From Macrostomum lignano (lineage: Eukaryota): a DNA stretch of 27,113 nucleotides. Positions 12,320 to 24,123 of this stretch are shown one piece after another. The DNA lies in NCBI GenBank assembly GCA_002269645.1, contig NIVC01005068.1:1-27113 (forward strand), read 5' to 3'. Each line of letters starts with the position of its first letter. Within the stretch, counting starts at the first letter, position 1. Below the pieces are notes generated by a model. It was not told the origin of the DNA, ran no database searches, and saw only the letters and a list, made by a program, of their open reading frames with translations. Both the position numbers and the translations under genes were made by a program.

Positions 12320-13021
12320 AACCAAACAATGCATCTGTCTGCCAGGCCAGAGTTTTATTAATAAAATTTCCTAGGCACGGACTGCCCGAGTGCTCAAACC
12401 GGCACTAATGCTCGTTTCCGCTTTGACTCCGTCCCCGAGTTCTCCACGCCCCGTTTCCATGGGGTCGCGGGGCAGCCGCTTCGGTTGGCTGCGGGAGGGA
12501 TGGAGAGTAGAGATGGAGCAGAGAGGCTGGGGGAAGGCCTGGGCCATGGGCTGCTATAACCGGAGAAGCTCTTCTAGGGGGGGGGAGGTGACGACAAACC
12601 CTCCACTTCCTTCCTCCGAGCGTATCTGCTTCGCTCTTCCCTCGCTCTCTCTCCATTCCATTGTTTTGAAAGCCCTTTGTGTTGCCTGTACCTCCATTTT
12701 CGTTCTCTTTCTCTCCTATTGCAAAAGAGACACATTTAGCAGGCAAGGCCAGCCACCCCACACAGCCTGCCGCGGGGGCGCAGTTCACCTGGTGGTCCTG
12801 CATCGGTTGCAGAACTGGCTCTGAGCATTTGTTCTGGCGTCCCATTCTCTCCCTCTTCCCCGCAGCTGCTCCTCTCCCCCCCAGAGTGTTTCAGGCAAAA
12901 AGCCCGAGGGAGTTTAAACCCCCGCCCGCCTGCCTGCCCCCTCAGCAACCGGGACAGCCGCGCAAAACCGAGCAAAGCCGCCCGAGCACCCAGCAGCCAG
13001 CCAGTTCGATCCCAAAGCCCC

Positions 13022-13366
13022 ATGATGGCCGCCTACTTGTCCACTTCGTCGGCCACAGCCGCGTTTGACGCCGCCGCGGCAGCAGCCGCCGCCGCAGCCG
13101 CCTCCGTGGCCGCCGTCTCGATGCCGCCGCCGCCGCCAGCTTCCGGCGCCGTGATGTCGCCGGCCGGGGCTGCCGCTGCCGCTGCTGCCGCCGCCGCGGC
13201 CGCCGCTGCAGCCAATCCGATGGGCGGCCAGATGTTCTCCTACGGGTATCCCGGGCCGCAGCAGCCTGGCGCGCACTCGCAGATGCCGCTGAACACATTC
13301 ATGTACTTTCCGCAGCAGCAGCAACAGCAGCAGCAGCAGCAGCAGCAGCACCACGGTCAGCTGAAG
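13022..13366 (+). CDS. ptbp: PTB-like protein, coding exon 1 (low-complexity N-terminus: poly-Ala, poly-Pro, poly-Gln; ends HHGQLK)
   Basis: GC-rich ORF from ATG 13022 (or 13025), donor AAG|GTGAGT at 13367, phase 0. The terminal K joins RGP of exon 2, giving KRGP, equivalent to PTB KRGS. Confidence 0.8.
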
Positions 13367-13447
13367 GTGAGTTCAAATTTTAACTGAAACAAAACAAATT
13401 CAGGGAACCGGAAAAGACAGAGAAGCAAAACAAGAACAGTCTTGAAC

Positions 13448-14489
13448 AAAGACCGGAACAAAGATAGGAACAAGGACAGGAACAAGAACAGTAACAGAGA
13501 CAGTAACAGAGACAGTAACAGAGACAGTAACAGAGACAGTAACAGAGACAGTAACAGAGACAGTAACAGAGACAGTAACAGAGACAGTAACAGAGACAGT
13601 AACAGAGACAGTAACAGAGACAGTAACAGAGACAGTAACAGAGACAGTAACAGAGACAGGAACAAGGACAGGAACAAGAACAGGAACAAGAACAGGAACA
13701 AGAACAGGAACAATAGCAGGAACAAGGACAGGAACAAGGACAGTAACAGAGACAGGAGCAGGGACAGTAACAGAGACAGTAACAGAGACAGGAACAGAGA
13801 CAGGAACAGAGACAGGAACAGAGACAGGAACAGAGACAGGAACAGAGACAGGAACAGAGACAGTAACAGAGACAGGAACAGAGACAGGAACAGAGACAGT
13901 AACAGAGACAGGAACAGAGACAGGAACAGAGACAGGAACAGAGACAGTAACAAGAACAGGAACAAGAACAGGAACAAGAACAGGAACAAGGACAGGAACA
14001 AGAACAGGAACAAGAACAGGAACAAGGACAGGAACAAGGACAGGAACAAGGACAGGAACAAGGACAGGAACAAGAACAGGAACAAGAACAGGAACAAGGA
14101 CAGGAACAAGAACAGGAACAAGAACAGGAACAAGGACAGGAACAAGGACAGGAACAAGGACAGGAACAAGGACAGGAACAAGGACAGGAACAAGAACAGG
14201 AACAAGGACAGGAACAAGAACAGGAACAAGAACAGGAACAAGGACAGGAACAAAGACAGGAACAAGGACAGGAACAAGGACAGGAACAAGGACAGGAACA
14301 AGAACAGGAACAAGGACAGGAACAAGGACAGGAACAAGGACAGGAACAAGGACAGGAACAAGGACAGGAACAAGAACAGGAACAAGGACAGGAACAAGGA
14401 CAGGAACAAGGACAGGAACAAGGACAGGAACAAGGACAGGAACAAGGACAGGAACAAGGACAGGAACAAGGACAGGAACAAGGATAGGA
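13448..14489. repeat. 12 bp minisatellite (CAGTAACAGAGA / CAGGAACAGAGA / CAGGAACAAGGA)n in intron 1
   Basis: Constant 12-bp period with variant blocks. Confidence 0.97.
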
Positions 14490-15297
14490 ACACACGCAAC
14501 ATGTGCTATTGAGTCCCAGTAGCCAGCGATGACTCATCAACAGTCAGGCCGAAGGCAGCGAGTAAAACTCTGGATGCACTCGTAAATCCCGGGAGAAAAC
14601 TTCTTAAGGCACAACAGCTTTGTAGAGAAAGCTTAACCCAAAGTCTAAAAAATTAGCCAGAGAAAGAATTCAAGTCTCAACTCGGGGGCCAAGATGACAT
14701 ATACTTACATACAATCCCAATTTCTGTTAAAAGCGATGACAATTGAAACAACTTTGATACAATATTCTTCGCATCAACGTGAGGCGAAGAAGCGATGGAA
14801 TTTTCGCTAATCAAACAAGAACTAGCAAAGCACAGAACTCGTGCCAGCCCGCCCCATTCATTAAACCTGTCCAAGCTGAATTTCATATCCGGCAAATATA
14901 ATGCTGAGCTCATGATCGACAGCAACTCAGCAAACAGCCCGGGTGAATTCTTGGATCAGTCCACATGATGCAATTTGATGCAGTCCCCGAACCGGCGGAT
15001 GAATCTGAATTCAGAAACAGCCCCAACTGTAACCAGCAGGCACTGGGATCGGATGGTGTCTACATCAAGCAAAAGTAAACAAGCAGCTTCTATAGATTCA
15101 TTGTCAGCGTAATACCATAAAATGCCATTAAGCCCTCCCATTCTCGCTTTCTCTCCCCCCCGTTTCTGTTTAACTTGGCCCGGCAGAAATTGAGAAGCCC
15201 ACAGACAGAGTGGAAGTCCAAGCGATAGCTGGCTCATGCTACCCTCTTTCATTACGGCGATTCCTCGTATATTTCTCGTCAACTTTATTTTTTTTAG

Positions 15298-15447
15298 CGA
15301 GGACCAGCCGACGACATCCAGGGCAGCGGAAGCAACGGTCACGGTGTCGGCAGCGGCGGCGGCGGCGGCGGCGGAGTCGGTCACCAACACGGCTGCCACG
15401 GCATCGGGAGTCCCATGGAGAGCCTGGAAATTACTGACGCCAAGAAG
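15298..15447 (+). CDS. ptbp: PTB-like protein, coding exon 2 (RGPADDI..poly-Gly..EITDAKK)
   Basis: Acceptor tttttttAG, donor AAG|GTGGGC, 150 nt, phase 0/0. Matches the PTB N-terminal KRGSDEL...DSKKFK bipartite NLS region. Confidence 0.85.
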
Positions 15448-15559
15448 GTGGGCAAATGTTTGTGGGGCGCCTTTTCTAGCGACATTGTCACACAACCGGC
15501 GAGAGACATTGCTGCCCATTCCGCCGACTCCCCTGAGCAGGCACACAAGCGCGCGGATA

Positions 15560-15802
15560 CGTACGCAGTCATACGCACAGGCACACACTCACACAGGAGT
15601 GTACAGCGGCCCTAACTTTATTTATCGTTAGGCATGTACACCTCACTGTGCCTTGGGGGTTGGGCCTCGAAGCAGTTAACTGCACGAGCAGAGCCAAGCC
15701 GAGATTCTAATTTAGGCCCTAAATTAATGTGACTGCATTTGGAATCGAGCCTGGGCCGCTGGCACATCAGAGCAGCTGCGCTACCGCTGGGCTACGGCCC
15801 CC
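15560..15802 (-). mobile_element. tRNA-derived SINE-like element (or decayed tRNA pseudogene head) in intron 2
   Basis: Minus strand begins GGGGGCCGTAGCCCAGCGGTAGCGC (A-box-like) ... GGCTCGATTCC (B-box-like) with tRNA spacing. Acceptor and anticodon stems do not pair. An unrelated body with AATAAA follows. The 3' boundary is approximate. Confidence 0.6.
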
Positions 15803-15842
15803 TTCTGGAGCACCTTGCAACTTCCAGAGCCTTTCTAGAGCT

Positions 15843-16331
15843 CTCAGACCCTCACTAGAACACCCAAACCCTCACTAGAACACCCAGACTCTCACTAGAA
15901 CACCCAAACCCTCACTAGAACACCAAGACCCTCACTAGAACACCCAGACCCTCACTAGAACACCCAGACCCTCACTAGAACACCCAGACCCTCACTAGAA
16001 CACCCAGACCCTCGCTAGAACACCCAGACCCTCACTAGAACACCCAGACCCTCACTAGAACACTCAGACCCTCACTAGTACACCCAGACCCTCACTAGAA
16101 CACCCAGACCCTCACTAGAACACCCAGACCCTCACTAGAACACCCAGACCCTCACTAGCACACCTAGGCCCTCACTAGAACACCCAGGCCCTCACTAGAA
16201 CACCCAGACCCTCACTAGAACACCCAGACCCTCACTAGAACACCCAGACCCTCACTAGAACACCCAGACCCTCACTAGAACACCCAGGCCCTCACTAGAA
16301 CACCCAGACCCTCACTAGCACACCCAGGCCC
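15843..16331. repeat. 20 bp minisatellite (CCCTCACTAGAACACCCAGA)n, ~24 copies, intron 2
   Basis: Highly regular tandem copies. Confidence 0.97.
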
Positions 16332-16377
16332 TTTACAACGGAAAAGTTCAAATCGATTTCCTGTTTAACCACTGCAG

Positions 16378-16533
16378 GTCCGCCTAGAATCCTCGCACGC
16401 CCCCGAACCGTCGCCGTCGAGGGTGCTGCACATCCGCAATGTACCGCAGGAGTCCACAGAGAATGACATTGTGCAGCTGGGAGTGCCGTTCGGTTACATG
16501 ACCAACATGGTCCTGGCCAAGAAGAAAAACCAG
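16378..16533 (+). CDS. ptbp: PTB-like protein, coding exon 3 (RRM1 first half: PSRVLHIRNVPQESTENDIVQLGVPFGYMTNMVLAKKKNQ)
   Basis: Acceptor actgcAG, donor CAG|GTTGGT, 156 nt, phase 0/0. Aligns with PTB PSRVIHIRKLP..LGLPFGKVTNLLMLKGKNQ. Not in the ORF track because it lacks a start codon. Confidence 0.95.
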
Positions 16534-16616
16534 GTTGGTGGATGGTATTGGATGGCTTTATGATTTTCTGCCATCTCGAGTGTTTTATGATTGGTTTAAA
16601 CAATTTCTTAGTTCTC

Positions 16617-19600
16617 CCTGCGTCTCTCATCTCTCCCTGTGCTAATATCTCTCCCTGTGTCTCTCATCTTTCCTGTGTCTCTCATCTCTCCCTGTGTCTC
16701 TCATCTCTCCCTGTGCTAATATCTCTCCCTGTGTCTCTCATCTTTCCTGTGTCTCTCATCTCTCCCTGTGTCTCTCATCTCTTCCTGTGTCTCTCATCTC
16801 TCCCTGTGTCTCTCATCTCTCCCTGTGCTAATATCTCTCCCTGTGTCTCTCATCTTTCCTGTGTCTCTCATCTCTCCCTGTGTCTCTCATCTCTTCCTGT
16901 GTCTCTCATCTCTCCCTGTGTCTCTCATCTCTTCCTCTGTCTCTCATCTCTCCCTGTGTCTCTCATCTCTCCCTGTGCTAATATCTCTCCCTGTGTCTCT
17001 CATCTTTCCTGTGTCTCTCATCTCTCCCTGTGTCTCTCATCTCTTCCTGTGTCTCTCATCTCTCCCTGTGTCTCTCATCTCTTCCTGTGTCTCTCATCTC
17101 TCCCTGTGTCTCTCATCTCTCCCTGTGTCTCTCATCTCTCCCTGTGCTAATATCTCTCCCTGTGTCTCTCATCTCTCCCTGTGCTAATATCTCTCCCTGT
17201 GTCTCTCATCTTTCCTGTGTCTCTCATCTCTCCCTGTGTCTCTCATCTCTTCCTGTGTCTCTCATCTCTCCCTGTGTCTCTCATCTCTCCCTGTGCTAAT
17301 ATCTCTCCCTGTGTCTCTCATCTCTTCCTGTGTCTCTCATCTCTCCCTGTGTCTCTCATCTCTTCCTGTGTCTCTCATCTCTCCCTGTGTCTCTCATCTC
17401 TTCCTGTGTCTCTCATCTCTCCCTGTGTCTCTCATCTCTCCCTGTGCTAATATCTCTCCCTGTGTCTCTCATCTTTCCTGTGTCTCTCATCTCTCCCTGT
17501 GTCTCTCATCTCTTCCTGTGTCTCTCATCTCTCCCTGTGTCTCTCATCTCTTCCGGTGTCTCTCATCTCTCCCTGTGTCTCTCATCTCTCCCTGTGTCTC
17601 TCATCTCTCCCTGTGCTAATATCTCTCCCTGTGTCTCTCATCTTTCCTGTGTCTCTCATCTCTCCCTGTGTCTCTCATCTTTCCTGTGTCTCTCATCTCT
17701 CCCTGTGTCTCTCATCTCTTCCTGTGTCTCTCATCTCTCCCTGTGTCTCTCATCTTTCCTGTGTCTCTCATCTCTCCCTGTGTCTCTCATCTCTCCCTGT
17801 GCTAATATCTCTCCCTGTGTCTCTCATCTTTCCTGTGTCTCTCATCTCTCCCTGTGTCTCTCATCTTTCCTGTGTCTCTCATCTCTCCCTGTGTCTCTCA
17901 TCTTTCCTGTGTCTCTCATCTCTCCCTGTGTCTCTCATCTCTCCCTGTGCTAATATCTCTCCCTGTGTCTCTCATCTTTCCTGTGTCTCTCATCTCTCCC
18001 TGTGTCTCTCATCTCTCCCTGTGTCTCTCATCTCTTCCTGTGTCTCTCATCTCTCCCTGTGTCTCTCATCTCTCCCTGTGCTAATATCTCTCCCTGTGTC
18101 TCTCATCTCTCCCTGTGTCTCTCATCTCTCCCTGTGTCTCTCATCTCTCCCTGTGTCTCTCATCTCTCCCTGTGTCTCTCATCTCTCCCTGTGCTAATAT
18201 CTCTCCCTGTGTCTCTCATCTTTCCTGTGTCTCTCATCTCTCCCTGTGTCTCTCATCTTTCCTGTGTCTCTCATCTCTCCCTGTGTCTCTCATCTCTTCC
18301 TGTGTCTCTCATCTCTCCCTGTGTCTCTCATCTTTCCTGTGTCTCTCATCTCTCCCTGTGTCTCTCATCTCTTCCTGTGTCTCTCATCTCTCCCTGTGTC
18401 TCTCATCTCTCCCTGTGCTAATATCTCTCCCTGTGTCTCTCATCTTTCCTGTGTCTCTCATCTCTCCCTGTGTCTCTCATCTCTTCCTGTGTCTCTCATC
18501 TCTCCCTGTGTCTCTCATCTCTTCCTGTGTCTCTCATCTCTCCCTGTGTCTCTCATCTCTCCCTGTGTCTCTCATCTCTCCCTGTGTCTCTCATCTCTTC
18601 CTGTGTCTCTCATCTCTCCCTGTGTCTCTCATCTCTTCCTGTGTCTCTCATCTCTCCCTGTGTCTCTCATCTCTCCCTGTGCTAATATCTCTCCCTGTGT
18701 CTCTCATCTTTCCTGTGTCTCTCATCTCTCCCTGTGTCTCTCATCTCTTCCTGTGTCTCTCATCTCTCCCTGTGTCTCTCATCTCTTCCTGTGTCTCTCA
18801 TCTCTCCCTGTGTCTCTCATCTCTCCCTGTGTCTCTCATCTCTCCCTGTGCTAATATCTCTCCCTGTGTCTCTCATCTCTCCCTGTGCTAATATCTCTCC
18901 CTGTGTCTCTCATCTTTCCTGTGTCTCTCATCTCTCCCTGTGTCTCTCATCTCTTCCTGTGTCTCTCATCTCTCCCTGTGTCTCTCATCTCTCCCTGTGC
19001 TAATATCTCTCCCTGTGTCTCTCATCTCTTCCTGTGTCTCTCATCTCTCCCTGTGTCTCTCATCTCTTCCTGTGTCTCTCATCTCTCCCTGTGTCTCTCA
19101 TCTCTTCCTGTGTCTCTCATCTCTCCCTGTGTCTCTCATCTCTCCCTGTGCTAATATCTCTCCCTGTGTCTCTCATCTTTCCTGTGTCTCTCATCTCTCC
19201 CTGTGTCTCTCATCTCTTCCTGTGTCTCTCATCTCTCCCTGTGTCTCTCATCTCTTCCGGTGTCTCTCATCTCTCCCTGTGTCTCTCATCTCTCCCTGTG
19301 TCTCTCATCTCTCCCTGTGCTAATATCTCTCCCTGTGTCTCTCATCTTTCCTGTGTCTCTCATCTCTCCCTGTGTCTCTCATCTTTCCTGTGTCTCTCAT
19401 CTCTCCCTGTGTCTCTCATCTCTTCCTGTGTCTCTCATCTCTCCCTGTGTCTCTCATCTTTCCTGTGTCTCTCATCTCTCCCTGTGTCTCTCATCTCTCC
19501 CTGTGCTAATATCTCTCCCTGTGTCTCTCATCTTTCCTGTGTCTCTCATCTCTCCCTGTGTCTCTCATCTTTCCTGTGTCTCTCATCTCTCCCTGTGTCT

Positions 19601-20307
19601 CTCATCTTTCCTGTGTCTCTCATCTCTCCCTGTGTCTCTCATCTCTCCCTGTGCTAATATCTCTCCCTGTGTCTCTCATCTTTCCTGTGTCTCTCATCTC
19701 TCCCTGTGTCTCTCATCTCTCCCTGTGTCTCTCATCTCTTCCTGTGTCTCTCATCTCTCCCTGTGTCTCTCATCTCTCCCTGTGCTAATATCTCTCCCTG
19801 TGTCTCTCATCTCTCCCTGTGTCTCTCATCTCTCCCTGTGTCTCTCATCTCTCCTGTGTCTCTCATCTCTCCCTGTGTCTCTCATCTCTCCCTGTGCTAA
19901 TATCTCTCCCTGTGTCTCTCATCTTTCCTGTGTCTCTCATCTCTCCCTGTGTCTCTCATCTTTCCTGTGTCTCTCATCTCTCCCTGTGTCTCTCATCTCT
20001 TCCTGTGTCTCTCATCTCTCCCTGTGTCTCTCATCTTTCCTGTGTCTCTCATCTCTCCCTGTGTCTCTCATCTCTCCCTGTGCTAATATCTCTTCCTGTG
20101 TCTCTCATCTCTCCCTGTGTCTCTCATCTCTCCCTGTGCTAATATCTCTCCCTGTGTCTCTCATCTTTCCTGTGTCTCTCATCTCTCCCTGTGTCTCTCA
20201 TCTCTCCCTGTGTCTCTCATCTCTCCCTGTGTCTCTCATCTCTCCCTGTGTCTCTCATCTCTCCCTGCGTCTCTCATCTCTCCCTGTGTCTCTCTCATCT
20301 CTCATCT
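16617..20307. repeat. 3.7 kb pyrimidine-rich 18/19 bp minisatellite (CTGTGTCTCTCATCTCTCC and variants) in intron 3
   Basis: Four interspersed unit types: ..ATCTCTCC, ..ATCTCTTC, ..ATCTTTC and CTGTGCTAATATCTCTCC. Confidence 0.98.
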
Positions 20308-20315
20308 CTCATCCA

Positions 20316-20830
20316 CTCACTCATGAACTCACTCATAAACTCACACATGAACTCACTCATAAACTCACACATGAACTCACTCACGAACTCACTCATAAAC
20401 TCACTCATGAACTCACTCATAAACTCACTCATAAACTCACTCATGAACTCACTCATGAACTCACACATGAGCTCACACATGAACTCACACATGAATTTAC
20501 TCGTGAACTCACACATGAACTCACACATGAACTCACACATGAACTCACACATGAACTCACACATGAACTCACACATGAATTCACTCGTGAACTCACACAT
20601 GAACTCACACATGAACTCACACATGAATTCACTCGTGAACTCACACATGAACTCACACATGAACTCACACATGAATTCACTCGTGAACTCACACTTGAAC
20701 TCACACATGAACTCACACATTAATTCACTCGTGAACTCACACATGAACTCACTCATGAAATCACTCATGAACTCACTCATGAAATCACTCATGAAATCAC
20801 TCATGAAATCACTCATGAACTCACACATAA
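20316..20830. repeat. 12 bp minisatellite (ACTCACACATGA)n
   Basis: Directly abuts the 18/19-mer array. Confidence 0.96.
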
Positions 20831-21277
20831 ACTTGAAAAGGAAGTAAGTCATGAACTCTCGCATGAGGTTATTAATGAAATCAGTCAGAATTGTACTCAA
20901 GAATGAAATTTGAAACAGTTCGCTCTGGAAGCAAACAGTCACAGGGGCAACACTTGACTACTGCATGGGTGGCAGCGGGAATATCATTCACTCACTGGCT
21001 TTGTGTCAGCCAGCCCGCCAGTAAAGCTGGCACCGCAAGCAGATCATTGATTCACCTGCTGCCGGACTGAAGCTGCTACTCCCTGTGCAGATGTAGCTCA
21101 TGCTAAGCTCATGCTAAACTTCAGTGAGTGAGCTAGGGAAAGGTAAACTCAGCAGGTAGAGAAAGCAGGTGTTTGCTCAGGCCTGCAACTCCAGTGATAG
21201 GGGCTGGTTGGTGGCTGCCTGTCAGTCGAACAGAAGGCAGGACAGAGATGGTGACAAACCGAAGCCAGCCTGAGTGA

Positions 21278-21450
<173 letters not shown>

Positions 21451-21924
21451 ATGCAGCTATCGATGATAGAATAGTTGCATATTTTTTTCTACATAGTTTT
21501 TTGCCCGACAAAATGCATTGCCCCCAGCCCCAACAGCTAGACCCTAGCTTGATGGCGCTGCGGACAGCAGGTCTGCCCCATCTGCTTCACCTCTTCAGTT
21601 CGCACTTCAATTCCGGACAGCAAGCCACTCTAGAGATGGCTCTCAAATCCTGGGGTGACAATTCAGCCGATCCCTCGGTGATGGCAAATTGTTATTATAT
21701 ATACTTTCCTGGTAGCGCCAAGTATGGGAGAGATGGGATTCCCCAGAAATATGCCTTCCTCTGACACAGCCCAGGCAGGATCGATACCCATCAGCTCTTT
21801 TGTTTAAAAGCTGCTGCTGCTGCTGCATGATGGGGATGCGGGCTGGTTATGCTGAAGGCTGAGGGAGGCTGGGGCAGGCTGCCTACCAGAACACTGGGCT
21901 GTGGGATGAGGCTGAGTGCAGCAT

Positions 21925-21959
<35 letters not shown>

Positions 21960-22556
21960 TCTGCCTCCATTCACAATGTGCACTGCGGACAAGAACAACA
22001 CAGGAGGGATTTGGGTGAGGGCCTCCCCTCCCCTCTGCCCACCAGATGCCCGTGCGCGAGGCCCTGCATGTTTGCTCAGGCGTCGAGTCCTCAAGCCTCC
22101 AGACTCACAGCCGTCGCATTCAAAGAACAAAAGCAGGAAAAAACTCCCTCCCAGCCTCCGTCCCCTCCTCGCTTTGCCTCGGCCCCCTATGCAAACAGAA
22201 CCCCCAGCCAGCCTTCCAAAATGCGAGGCTCAGCCAGACAGAGTCGAAATTCTTTTTAAGCATCTGCAAAAGCAGCGCTTGTTGTTGGGTGGGTTGGGAT
22301 TGGGTTGGGAGAGGAGCAAAGCTGACATGAATTTTGGGCTTTCTTCAAGGCTATGGGACTCGTTGCCAAGACTGAGGGGAAGAACAGATGGCTGCTGCTC
22401 CAGCTAGGGGACCGGCTCTGCCTCTGAGCAGGAGACATTTGACCGAGCAGACGAGGCTGGATTAGGAAATATGTTTTACAATAATCCGTGTTTATTAGAG
22501 CTACAGGGGGATGTCAGGGATGTACTAGCGCATAGACTAGTTTCATAAATTTCAAA

Positions 22557-22664
22557 TCTAATCTCACTGATTCCATTTCTAACCTCACTGATTCCATATC
22601 TAATCTCACTGATTCCATATCTAATCTCACTGATTCCATATCTAATCTCACCGATTCTATATCT
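22557..22664. repeat. 21 bp minisatellite (TCTAATCTCACTGATTCCATA)n, ~5 copies
   Basis: Direct tandem copies. Confidence 0.92.
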
Positions 22665-22782
22665 CTTCCAATCTCACTTATCCCAACATCAAACTGCCTG
22701 ACTCCGATATCAAAGTCAGAAACTATTGATTCGTCACTCTTGGTTAAAAAAAGCAAAAATGTCAATCAATAAATTTCTCCAG

Positions 22783-22917
22783 GCTCTGCTGGAGATGAAG
22801 ACGCAGGAGTCAGCCAGCAAAATGATCGAGTACTACGGCCAGCATCCAGCCACCATTCGAGGCCGCACCATCATCATTCAGTACTCGAATCATCCCGAAT
22901 TGAAGACTGAACAGCCC
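22783..22917 (+). CDS. ptbp: PTB-like protein, coding exon 4 (RRM1 second half: ALLEMKTQESASKMIEYY..IIIQYSNHPELKTEQP)
   Basis: Acceptor tttctccAG, donor CCC|GTGAGA, 135 nt, phase 0/0. Aligns with PTB AFIEMNTEEAANTMVNYY..IYIQFSNHKELKT. Confidence 0.95.
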
Positions 22918-23009
22918 GTGAGACAGCTTGCGTCTGTGGCACATTGTATGACGGTTCACTGGCTCATAAATCAATAACTAATAGTACTTTTTAATTCCCA
23001 TTCTTGCAG

Positions 23010-23144
23010 AATGCGGCAGCCGACAACGCCGTGAGCTCAGCCAACGGGCTGGTGACCACCTATGAGCAGGAGGAGCCTCCGCCTGTGCTGCGGGTGATTG
23101 TGGAGAACCTCATCGCACCTGTCACCATCGAGGTGCTGCACAAG
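23010..23144 (+). CDS. ptbp: PTB-like protein, coding exon 5 (linker and RRM2 start: [21 protein letters not shown])
   Basis: 92-nt intron before it, acceptor ttcttgcAG, donor AAG|GTATGC, 135 nt. Aligns with PTB PVLRIIVENLFYPVTLDVLHQ. Confidence 0.95.
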
Positions 23145-23154
23145 GTATGCCAGT

Positions 23155-24108
<954 letters not shown>

Positions 24109-24123
24109 CCCGCATCCTTGCAG

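Noticed and set aside
14677-15588. Long minus-strand frame (210 aa + 82 aa, one stop between them) in and across intron 1/exon 2
   Set aside because: Partly the antisense of GC-rich exon 2; no recognisable domain or splice structure.
15729-15802. Functional tRNA gene
   Set aside because: Acceptor, anticodon and T stems do not pair; kept only as a SINE-like head.
21501-21764. ORF containing QQATLEM..VMANCYY, resembling exon 4 (NQALLEM..MIEYY), as a mutually exclusive exon
   Set aside because: The similarity is limited to a few residues, spacing does not match RRM1, the acceptor is weak and the frame ends in a stop.
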